From NCBI RefSeq assembly GCF_001194135.2, contig NC_068985.1, forward strand, positions 57,084,866 to 57,148,789: a stretch of 63,924 nucleotides of DNA, in the 5' to 3' direction. Position numbers and translations under genes: made by a program. The first letter of the stretch is position 1. Every line of letters begins with the position of its first letter. The DNA comes from Octopus bimaculoides (taxonomy: Eukaryota). The notes under the pieces are model-generated. The model had not been told where the DNA came from, did no database searches, and saw only the letters and a program-made list of their open reading frames with translations. Shown piece by piece: positions 51,379 to 62,330 of this stretch.

Positions 51379-51490
51379 ATCATAAATATACAGGGATTTG
51401 TAGTTTGGAATCAGTAGTTCTTTCACTGCTATTTCTGAATTCTCAGTATGTTGGAGAAGAAGCTCCTGCTAATCCCTGTATAGTTATGAT
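51379..51490. mobile_element. 112-bp MITE-like element with 20-bp TIRs
   Basis: atcataaatatacagggatt ... aatccctgtatagttatgat (1 mismatch). Second copy at 7969. Confidence 0.8.
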
Positions 51491-51670
51491 TATATATATA
51501 TATATATATATATAAATATATGCACATACATACACGATGCATAAAAACAGAATAACATTGCTCAACTACTGCTTACAGTTAATGAACAACATTTTAGAGG
51601 AAATGTGCCTTTACACATGATCACAGATCGCTATTTAGATGAAATACAAACTAGTCCATTACTGTGATAG

Positions 51671-51956
51671 ATTAATCTACTGTACCGAGCTTTCACTGAC
51701 GGTAAGTTTCAATATTTAATCTTAATTGATGCACTGTATAGCGCATCTAAGATAAATGTAATTAGCTAAGATCCAGTTTGTTTTAATATTTTGCTGAGCA
51801 ACATGAAATGTAATATAACAATTCATTTTTATTTTCATAGATAATGAAAGTGATCGTTGTAACATACATTCAGGATTAACAGATCACTGATCAGAGGATA
51901 GAAACTCCGCGTGATCCATTTTTCAGGACATAGCTGCAATAGCTACACAAATTCAG
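51671..51956 (+). other. Two possible spliced exons (51671-51701, 51841-51956), probably non-coding
   Basis: G/gtaagt donor at 51702, strong acceptor ttcatttttattttcatag at 51840, CAG/gtatag donor at 51957. Exon 2 has stops in all frames. Confidence 0.3.
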
Positions 51957-52612
51957 GTATAGTTATTAAATAATTAGTGAAAATTTAAGCCATTAAATCT
52001 AATGCCTGGTTTATGTTTTATGTAACTAGTGATTTACTATGATTTATAACGGTAAGTAAAAATGTGAGAAAGGCCATGTCATGTGATGAATGCTGTAGAA
52101 ACCGTAAAACATATCAAGACAATATATGTTTTTTATAAAGAACCCCNNNNNNNNNNNNNNNNNNNNNNNNNCCCCCCCCCCCCCAAAAAAAAGAATTACA
52201 TTTACTTAAACGGCAAAGGATTATGGTAACATCATTTAACTTCTTTAAATTTACAAATACTGTCATACAGACACAAACACACACGCAAATACACGCGCAC
52301 ACAACACACACACGTTTTCTAACCGACTATAAAATACAACTTCGGATATATGTTGTTTACTTCATCAATAATGTCTCAATTCGGTTTTACCAAGTAAGGT
52401 GGGAAGGTATTATTTATATAAAGATAACAAACATTAAATAAGTGAAGCACCTACTGACTAATTAGAAATGCATACTACTACAAATCCAAATATATCTTCT
52501 ACTGATATGTCACTTATATATTATTATTTATTTAATTTTTTTTTGTTTAAACGATAACTTCTTTGGAATATACATTTTCAGCCGATGAATATTCATATCG
52601 CTTGGTTCTTAC

Positions 52613-52703
52613 CGTGAAGGTGTACAAATTAGCATATATAGAATTGAAGTTGTTTTGCCAAGCAACTTGCAATACAATTATTGTGTTTTCGACTACCACA
52701 AAG
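52613..52703 (-). CDS. Possible 91-nt internal exon, product unknown
   Basis: Acceptor ttttctgacag and donor G/gtaaga. One open frame, FVVVENTIIVLQVAWQNNFNSIYANLYTFT. Confidence 0.25.
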
Positions 52704-53649
52704 CTGTCAGAAAACGATAACTTACATTAAATTAGTAAGAAAAATTCACATCACTTATACGATAAATTTTTGCGCAGTGTTGTTGTTTCTCGAGAAACAC
52801 GATAAGAAATTAATGTAAGATTTAAGACAGTTGGAGATTCAGAACCCAGTTTCACAGCATTGTTAATTTCTGATGGCTGAAAGATGTAAAGGAAGCGTTG
52901 GAGTTTCTAAGAGAGATTGCGGATAGAGAATGACTACTTTTTTGTCATTTTCAACGATGAGTATTCAATAGTTCATCAGTTGTATTAAATACTCATTGAA
53001 TTAGCTGTAAGAGGTTGAGATTTCCACAGATATTTGTATCGTTAAGTAATCGTTCGGCAGAATCAGTGTAAGTGTGTGACATGGCAGTGATTTTACAATT
53101 TAAGGCATGATCTATTCAATGAAATTCTAGAGAGATTCAGTCTATCCCGTTTCAATCAGAAAGTATAACTTTATAAAAAGCAAATAACATTTGCACAAAT
53201 CACACCGTGTTCGAAACGAAGATTTCCCCTTTAGAAAGTAGACTTCTTAACCATTCGGCCATATTTTGCAATAAGGAAATTTTATCATGAAATTATTACA
53301 TGCTATGAATAAATAAAAAGATTTCAATAATGGATTTTTTGGTGATTGGGAAAGGAAGGAGTGTAGAAATGAAAAGGCGTGGTTACATACAGGAAGTATT
53401 CAGAGAAACTAATTCCACTGGAGATGGGCTACTGGTATTTTTTATCTAGATCGATGATGTTCTAGCTGCTTAGGTTTAAACTTGAAACAAATCGCAGAAC
53501 ACTGAATGGTGAAATGCAATGATGATGCTTCATTTTGAATATATCAGAGTTGCGTTACACCGAAATAGAAAATCTATGTTTGAAAAATTTGTCCTTTCAA
53601 ATTTCTAATAATTTTGAATGGAGAAGTACTGTTTACAATGCAAAAGCCA

Positions 53650-53790
53650 GCACCTCTCTACTACTATTTATCAGGCAAGGAAAAGATGAAAGTCAAACTG
53701 GTCCACAGTGGGATTTGAACCAGGAACTTCAAGACCCCGAACAAATGTACAAAGCTCTTTTGACGAGACCGTAGCGATTCTGCTAACTAA
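53650..53790 (-). mobile_element. Degenerate SINE family 1 copy
   Basis: gatgaaag.caaa..ggatttgaac..gattctgc. Confidence 0.5.
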
Positions 53791-54246
53791 CAACCACAAT
53801 AAACTGCAGATATTGAAATAAAATTATATTACAGTTGCTGAAGTCTCGTTTTGTCTGGTAGGGAGATGCATGAGTGACTAGAGGACAAGTATGCTTCGAT
53901 GTGTATTCATGGAATATGCCCATTGGCCGTTAGTGTCAATACTATTAAGTATCACAGGAGAGTAATGTCTACGGAAGTCACCATAAACATCATCTGCGGA
54001 ACACAGAGGAGCTGGAGACTAGTACGTCCTGCGGATGTATGTGTGATGTGTGTGATATGTGTGTATGTGTGTGATGTGTGTGTGTGTGTGTGTGTATCTG
54101 TGTTTGTGTATGCTCATCATCATAATTGAACGTCCATATCCCATGCTGGCATCGGTGCAAACACATGCATATACATATATACATACATACATTCATACAT
54201 AAATATATACATGCATACATACATAAATACATGCATACATAAATAC

Positions 54247-54335
<89 letters not shown>

Positions 54336-55098
54336 GGCCGAGATCTTCTCAAGCACAGTTATTGTTAACTCGATACATGATTCAATGAAAAATGGAGTTC
54401 GGTCTGGTTATTGTTATATTTGTTTCATTGACTTGTATTTGCATATTTGTAAATCGATCCATAGTATATAACGAACAATCTTTCCCCCTTTTCCAATCAA
54501 TGTAAAAACTGTGTAAGTGAATAAAACACAATAATATTAAGTTCTCGATGGGCATGCATGAAGTCTTCCTATTATTACATGTGAAGTAACGTTAGCTGGA
54601 ACATCGTGAGAAATACACCCGGAGAAAGATAAAATGCCTATTCTATTCTCACTAATATATTCGATGTCATACTGCTGTAGAAAGAAATTTCCTTTACCTC
54701 CTCCTAAATGAATTGTAGCTAAATAGGGGAACAATTCGATTTCCATTCGAAAGAGAGATCGCTTACGAGAAAGTAAATTTCATTCAGCTGATTATTGTTA
54801 TTTTTATTATTATTATTGTTATTATTATTATTATTATTATTATGATATTACGTGCATCATTTTTCTATTTCCTGCGTTATATCTTCCTTTTTATTTCAAT
54901 TTCTCTTTCTTCCTTCTGTCTCTGTCTCAATCTCTCTCTCTGTGTATATACGCTTTTATACATGCATAAATACATATATACATACATACAAGCATACATA
55001 AATACATTTATCTGTATACACACGGACGTAACACGTGCTTACATCATGGTTATGCATTCAATAATACCAGGTATGTATGTCTGCGCGTGTGTACGTGT

Positions 55099-55180
<82 letters not shown>

Positions 55181-55879
55181 TCACGCGCGCGTGTGTGTGG
55201 CTGTGTCTGTGTCTGTGTCTGTGTCTCTGTGTGTTTTAATACATATCTGTACCCAATAATAATTCACTGTGTACAATGCTGGCAATCAATCCATACGATC
55301 TCTGAAAACAACCAGTGTATCGATGTATATGTGTCTATCTATTCTTACAGATCTAGTGTTACACATATTTACATATTAACTTCAGTACTAGTACTATATA
55401 TATATATATATATATATAGTACTGAAGATAATATGTAAATATGCACACATAAACGCAAATTTTCCTGCAGTTTGCTCTTAAGTCGAATTATGGTGTTAAG
55501 TTGTAACTGTAGGTGACTCTTGCATAATTATATCAGTATCAGCGAAAACAAGAAATACCTGCATTAGTATTGTTCCTTCGGGTCTGCTCACTGGGTGAAT
55601 TTCTTATTTTTCCAATCAGAATTTGTAGGTTCAAATGTCACAAGATGTAATTCATTTCAACACTGATACGATGTTGAACCTATTATCGATAAAATAATTG
55701 TTTGAGAGCTTCATATATTCCTAATTCTTCATCGACAAAGATACAGACGCAAATATTGCTCACTTGGTTGATATACTATTATGTGAAAATAAACGGATAG
55801 ACAGCAATAAATATAGAAATGTCATCTAGTTGAAGAACCCTGATGAATATATATAGCATTTGAATCGACATTACTATTC

Positions 55880-56890
55880 GATCGGCTTCCTGCGCGTGTA
55901 CCTGGTATATAGAAACCTATACCGATACGTATTCACAAAGAAGCCATGCACCCATAAATACAAATATGTGTTAATTTGAATTAGCTACACGAAGAATCCA
56001 CAGACATATGCATATCGTTGGTATCATGTTAAACTGTCGTATGTCCAAATACTTTCTTTTTCAATCATCATCTTTGCGTGGAATAGCTGGTTATTTTGGT
56101 AAACCTATCGTATCACAAGCTGCTTCAACTGCCAAGATATCGGAAATTGTCAAAGTGTAGGACAGTGGTATTGCTATATAATGGTGAAACTATTTTTTTC
56201 GTAATCTGAAAAGCAACAATATGGACTTACGACACTTTTGCATAATAGCAACGACTTATATATATACACCTTCATCTACATTTACATATAGGTACATATC
56301 TGGGTGCATGACGTTGCAAAAAAGACATGGACAAAATGATAAATAAGGTACAAAAAACAGGCAGGCCACATAGAGAACATATCCTTCATCAGCTGCCACC
56401 ATTAAAACACTGGCGTTTCCAAGAGTTAGGGCAGGATGCATCGTCAAAATGGTTCTTCCCACGAACACAAATTAAATTCGTTCCATGGAGGATAGTGGCG
56501 GACGGACAACAAGACAGGAAAACGAAACGGTGAAATAAAGAAACAAAAAGGCTGTACAACCAGCCGTGGAGAAGTGTGTGTATATTGAACGCTGTGAAGC
56601 ACGAACTGGAGAGGCGAAGTAGTGCGTGCGAAACTTAGGGAGTCCAAGACCGAAAAGAAATGCCAACTGGACACATGTGACCAGCGAGGGGTAGGGAGAA
56701 AGAGTGGCAGAGGGAGAAGAAGGGGAGAAAGTAGAATATAAGTGAGCAACGAGAGGTAGAGAGGGAGAGAGATAGTAGTAGTGACGGGGAGAGGCGAAGG
56801 ACGAGCAACGAGAGATAGAGAGAGAAGGAGAGAGAGATAGTAGTGACAGGGAAAGGCGAAGAACAGTAGAGAGAAGAATGAGAGGGGAAG
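55880..56890 (-). mobile_element. Repeat family Y copy
   Basis: cagctgatgaagg at ~56385-56397, preceded on the minus strand by aatttaatttg and a CT-rich tract, as at 57265-57720. Confidence 0.55.
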
Positions 56891-56899
56891 ATAGACATG

Positions 56900-56968
<69 letters not shown>

Positions 56969-57220
56969 NNNNNNNNNNNNNNNNNNNNNNNNNNNNNNNN
57001 NNNNNNNNNNNNNNNNNNNNNNNNNNNNNNNNNNNNNNNNNNNNNNNNNNNNNNNNNNNNNNNNNNNNNNNNNNNNNNNNNNNNNNNNNNNNNNNNNNNN
57101 NNNNNNNNNNNNNNNNNNNNNNNNNNNNNNNNNNNNNNNNNNNNNNNNNNNNNNNNNNNNNNNNNNNNNNNNNNNNNNNNNNNNNNNNNNNNNNNNNNNN
57201 NNNNNNNNNNNNNNNNNNNN

Positions 57221-57264
<44 letters not shown>

Positions 57265-57270
<6 letters not shown>

Positions 57271-57720
57271 TATATGGGTACAGGACATCGCAAAACGTAA
57301 ACAGCGTGAAATACGAAGGCAAGTTCTGTTATGCGAACAACGAGAGAAAAAATAGAAAACAAGACAAGCAACTAAAGAACAGCCCTTCATCTGTTGTCGG
57401 CTGTTCATCTACTCCACTTTTAAAAAACAGTTGCTCCCGCAAACCAAATTAAATTTCGGATTTTTGCGGAGGGTCAAAGTTAGTAACAAATACAGGACAG
57501 TGGAGACATACAACAAACCAAAAGAACACAAAAATGGAGGGCCGTTAGGCCAGACGAGTGAGGTAGCGAACGCTGGAGGAAAATTCTTTGAAAAGAGAAA
57601 AGATAGGAGAGGAGACAGATGAGAATGCGTCTGGTCTGTGTGACTGACTGAAGGAAAAGAAAGATGATCACGCGAGGAAAAGACAAATGGACGATATGTC
57701 ATGGTTGTGCAACGAGAGAG
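57265..57720 (-). mobile_element. Repeat family Y copy
   Basis: agatgaaggg..gatgtcctgtacccatatatgcat. Same layout as 55880-56890. Confidence 0.55.
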
Positions 57721-57971
57721 AGAGAGAGAGAGAGAGAGAGTAAAAGAGGAGGTGGGAGATGGAGTGAGAGACATACAGATAACTTTCTTTTATGCTCATA
57801 CGGATAGATAGAAAACGTTGAAGGGGAGAAAAAAGAATTAGAGAAAGGATGGGAGAGAAAAAACGAAAGGGGAAGAGAGAAAACAGCACAATGTAGAGTC
57901 ACATCAAAATTATTAAGATAAACTTACTTAGAAATGGATGCGTGGCGTTCAATCATATGATAATGTGTATG

Positions 57972-58005
<34 letters not shown>

Positions 58006-59099
58006 TATATATATAAATCCAAGTAAGTTAGGGGTTGTGAAAAGTCATGAAAAGTCTTTGTCCCATTTTCGGTAACTAGATGTCCTTTTTTAATTATTGA
58101 TATGACATAATATTTCGCATGTGCTTGTAAATTGTTATTTTTGTCCTCTTAGTTAACACATAAACAGGTAAATTGACACAATACAATGTCTACAAGTTGA
58201 TGAATACCTCATATTCCTTACCATTTTCTTATTGCTNNNNNNNNNNNNNNNNNNNNNNNNNNNNNNNNNNNNNNNNNNNNNNNNNNNNNNNNNNNNNNNN
58301 NNNNNNNNNNNNNNNNNNNNNNNNNNNNNNNNNNNNNNNNNNNNNNNNNNNNNNNNNNNNNNNNNNNNNNNNNNNNNNNNNNNNNNNNNNNNNNNNNNNN
58401 NNNNNNNNNNNNNNNNNNNNNNNNNNNNNNNNNNNNNNNNNNNNNNNNNNNNNNNNNNNNNNNNNNNNNNNNNNNNNNNNNNNNNNNNNNNNNNNNNNNN
58501 NNNNNNNNNNNNNNNNNNNNNNNNNNNNNNNNNNNNNNNNNNNNNNNNNNNNNNNNNNNNNNNNNNNNNNNNNNNNNNNNNNNNNNNNNNNNNNNNNNNN
58601 NNNNNNNNNNNNNNNNNNNNNNNNNNNNNNNNNNNNNNNNNNNNNNNNNNNNNNNNNNNNNNNNNNNNNNNNNNNNNNNNNNNNNNNNNNNNNNNNNNNN
58701 NNNNNNNNNNNNNNNNNNNNNNNNNNNNNNNNNNNNNNNNNNNNNNNNNNNNNNNNNNNNNNNNNNNNNNNNNNNNNNNNNNNNNNNNNNNNNNNNNNNN
58801 NNNNNNNNNNNNNNNNNNNNNNNNNNNNNNNNNNNNNNNNNNNNNNNNNNNNNNNNNNNNNNNNNNNNNNNNNNNNNNNNNNNNNNNNNNNNNNNNNNNN
58901 NNNNNNNNNNNNNNNNNNNNNNNNNNNNNNNNNNNNNNNNNNNNNNNNNNNNNNNNNNNNNNNNNNNNNNNNNNNNNNNNNNNNNNNNNNNNNNNNNNNN
59001 NNNNNNNNNNNNNNNNNNNNNNNNNNNNNNNNNNNNNNNNNNNNNNNNNNNNNNNNNNNNNNNNNNNNNNNNNNNNNNNNNNNNNNNNNATATATTCTG

Positions 59100-59790
59100 T
59101 ACGGGTATTACTCTTTCCTTTAGCTCCTTTCACGCTTCCTTCGTTCCTTCCACTTTTCTTTTTCTCGCTCCCACCGTCTCTCACATTTCTTGGCACACCC
59201 TTCATTCTCATCACTTTCCCTCGTCCTTTACCTCACTCTGTCCCTTTCCTGTTTTCTCTCTTTCTCGTCCCTCCCTAATTCTTCAATCTTTCTACCCACT
59301 ACCTCTCTTCTCTCCTTCCACGTGATCGGTGTGCAGCCAAGCCTGACCTCTGTTTCTTGGTTCGATTACCATTCGTGTAGCATCTCTTGTATTTCTTCCC
59401 ATGATCTTCATCTTCTACGTCCTTACCGTAAGGCTGCAATTCTACACACGCCGGTTTAATATAAATTCTTCCTTTGTCGAAAGACACATGTTAACGTCCT
59501 GTTGTTTGTATTTGTAACTGTGTACCATTTCTTCTTTGTTTTTTTTTTCATCCTTGTTTTCGTATCCATTCGCTTCCATTCTTCCAAAGAATCTAGTACT
59601 CGTAGGTCAGATTTTCTTGGGGCCGGCCAGATTAGTGAAGTCTCGAGAGTAACCGGGCGAAACTGCAAAGACGATCTGCTTCTCGACTGATGATTGAAAG
59701 CTCCAAATGACCCGTTCTTGTTTTTTCCTGTCCATTTTTGTATCATCTAACTGTCCGAATGTTTTGCTGTCACCTGTTATGTTCTTGTTC
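59100..59790 (+). mobile_element. Repeat family X copy with a CT-rich leader
   Basis: ccgtaaggc..gtcgaaagaca..ccaaagaatctagtact is homologous to 8552-8780. Confidence 0.5.
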
Positions 59791-59849
59791 TAATTTTTAT
59801 TTTGATTATATATATGTGTGTGTGCGTGTGTGTGTGTATGTTTGTGTGT

Positions 59850-60066
59850 TTGTGTGTGTCTGTGTTTGTCCCTCCAGGATCGCTTGACAACCGTTGTTGG
59901 TATGTTTACATCCCCGTAACTTAGTGGTTCGGCACAAGAACCGATAGAATAAGTACTAGGCTTACAAAGAATAAGTCCTTGGGTCGATTTGTTCTACTAA
60001 ATGTGGTGTTCCAGCATGGCCGCAGTCAAATGACTGAAACAAGTAAAAAAATAAAGAATAAAACAA
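59850..60066 (+). mobile_element. SINE 3' part (family 5)
   Basis: gtttacatccccgtaacttag..gatagaataagtactagg..ccagcatggccgcagtcaaatgactgaaacaagtaaaa. Related fragments at 23740-23880(-) and 32895-32950(+). Confidence 0.75.
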
Positions 60067-60117
60067 GTATATATATGTATATATANNNNNNNNNNNTATA
60101 TATATATATATATATAT

Positions 60118-60730
60118 CCAGTGTCTATAAAGCGTGTGCATTGTCTGCACTTCTTTATTCAAGTGAGAGATGTACCGCTTACAAGCGTCATATATATAAA
60201 TGCTTGAGAGATTTCATCGAAAGTTCCACAGACGTATCTTAAAAGTCGAGTGGGAATTTTTCATACCAGATACAGAGGTTTCTGTATGGCACACTGCAGC
60301 TCAGTTGAACAACTTGTTATCTTGGCCTGGACATGTTTTTAGAATGAAAGACGAGCGTCTCTTTTCATGGTGTGCTCAACTCTGGTAAGCGGCACAAAAG
60401 TGACTGGGAAAATGATACGGAGAGGTGTTGTTCGGACTGGTTGCAATGCCTGGGAGCAAAGAATGATTCAGCACTCTGAATATAAAAGGGCATGTCGCAA
60501 AAGAACAACTGAAACTGTAATCAACATTGAACATTGGATATGTATTATATGTGATCGTGTTCTGTTGTCAAAAGCAGGACACGTGACTAATATGAAGTCA
60601 CATGAAAATCGTAATGCCCATATTGATAATGATCTTGGGCACAAACCACCTCTTACAACTTGTGTCATATATCAAAAGACTTGTAAAACAATATCTGGAT
60701 TTAAAGACATACACTAGTTTACAAAAACGT
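60118..60730 (+). mobile_element. RTE-clade LINE 3' fragment
   Basis: VYKACALSALLYSSE..LERFHRKFHRRILKVEW..WPGHVFRMKDER and a C-terminal CIICDRVLLSKAGHVTNMKSH zinc-finger-like motif. Confidence 0.8.
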
Positions 60731-60961
60731 TCCTTCAGAATCAGATTCCAAAGAACAAAATGTGAAAGAAACTTGAATGATATCTGTCACTTGTGTTTTT
60801 AAACCCTGTCAGCCAGCAGCTGGTCTTAAAGTCATCTCAGGGTTCATCAATGGAGTGTTTGTGCTGTGCGATGGGTTGTGGTGTGTGTGTGTGTAATTAT
60901 GGGACAGCTATCGTCTTTCTCTCATGAAGCAATCATATATATATATATATATATATAAGGG

Positions 60962-61008
<47 letters not shown>
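60962..61008. repeat. (GATA)n microsatellite
   Basis: Tetranucleotide run. Confidence 0.95.
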
Positions 61009-61009
<1 letters not shown>

Positions 61010-61023
61010 CGAAGATATATGTA

Positions 61024-61650
61024 TACGAAGTATAGTCAAAAAGTATCCGACCTTGAATTTTGTACTCAAAATATTATTGCGTGAGCAAAATCAGCATGTG
61101 TTTTACGTGGCTGTGTCCTTCCTGACATGCGCAAAAAGTTTCATGTCTGTAGGTTGCGCCATTCGCTCGCAGTGACGTGTTGAGTACTGACGTGAAGAAT
61201 ATACTGTGCAATTTTCTTTTTTAGTCAAGATGACCAAGCGCATTCAGCAAAACTACAGTATCAAATTCTGCCAAAGCTTGATGATACGCAAGCCCAAACT
61301 ATCGATAAGATTCAGAAGACCTTTGGAGATAATGCCATGCGCAAAACGCAAATAAAGAAGTGGTAACACCGGTTCAAAGATGGCCGCACTTCAATGGACA
61401 GTGAGCCAAAAATATGTGCAACATGGTCAGACAGTTAAGAAAGGTGTTCTTCGTCGCTTTCTGAAGAAATGCGGCGAAAACGACTCGAACTGTGGGCAGC
61501 AAAGAACTGGAAACTCCACCATGACAACGCGCCCGCTCATTACTGATCAGACAAAACACAACACTCGTCCATGAGTCTTCCTACTCCCAGACTTGGCTCT
61601 GTGTGACGTTTGGCTATTCTTAAAGGTGCGTAGCGTATTTTGAGTCAATC
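61024..61650 (+). mobile_element. mariner transposon, internally deleted, 3' TIR missing
   Basis: End sequence TACGAAGTATAGTCAAAAAGTATCCG. ATG at 61230, IKFCQ..FGDNAMRKTQIKKW*HRFKDGRTS, LHHDNAPAH, YSPDLALCDVWLF. Confidence 0.9.
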
Positions 61651-61839
61651 CTTTTTAGAAAAACAAATATATAACAGAACACAGGTTTATAAATGAAAAC
61701 ATTTGTACCTATAGACATGATTATCTTCTGTATTATCTTATTCAATGTAGCCACCTTCATAATCACTTACTGCTTCTATGTGAGAATCTGAATCGTATAT
61801 AAGGCCGAATAGAATAGTCATATTTGATATAGGACATAA

Positions 61840-62260
61840 CTTTGACAACGGCATCTTTCAAATATGCTTGCTGTTATGGGAATGTTCATTAATCCCACTT
61901 TCCACGACGCTCCACACATAGTAGTCGAATGGGTTGAGATCTGGTGAGTTTGGAGATCAAATATTGGTGGTTATGTGACCATGAAAACTGTCAGCCAACC
62001 GTTCTTGGATTGCTAGAGCCTTATATGATTATGCAGTGGCTTGCTGAAACACGTACCTCGTTCTAATGCGTATTCTTTCTATCCAGGGTTTGACAACTCT
62101 TTGCAGGACCACAATATAGCCAACGGAGTCAAATCTAAGGCGTTGTGGAATTAAGTGAGGTATCATATGTCCTTCATTACTGACAGCTCTAAGGCTATGA
62201 CACTTATTTTGTGTGCATGACTGTTGGAACTTCAGTAGGGTATGAACAAAACCAGCTGTC
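61840..62260 (-). mobile_element. Tc1/mariner (maT/DD37D-like) transposase C-terminal fragment
   Basis: AVSNEGHMIPH..YIVVLQRVVKPWIE..YVFQQ..SPNSPDLNPFDYYVWSVVE. Confidence 0.8.
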
Positions 62261-62270
62261 ATTTTCTCCG

Positions 62271-62271
62271 T

Positions 62272-62330
<59 letters not shown>
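62271..62330. repeat. (TATC)n microsatellite
   Basis: Tetranucleotide run. Confidence 0.95.

Noticed and set aside
51841-51956. Two in-frame TGA codons read as selenocysteine or Trp
   Set aside because: No selenoprotein motif, no SECIS seen, and no reason for an alternative code.
53205-53272. tRNA-like A/B boxes on the minus strand
   Set aside because: No cloverleaf. Best explained as a decayed SINE head.
13750-55880. Other CTGANGA or GAAA-palindrome hits (~13755-13815, 22840-22856, 32580-32630, 34590-34612, 41823-41860, 52945-52980, 55840-55875)
   Set aside because: Each lacks at least two required elements (GAAA, stem III/NUH or stem I). Expected by chance in AT-rich DNA.
59675-59710. 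CTGATGA TT GAAA GCTC
   Set aside because: No stem II and no stem I complementarity.
59456-59746. 96-aa minus-strand ORF as a LINE ORF1
   Set aside because: Antisense reading of repeat family X, with no ORF1 motifs.
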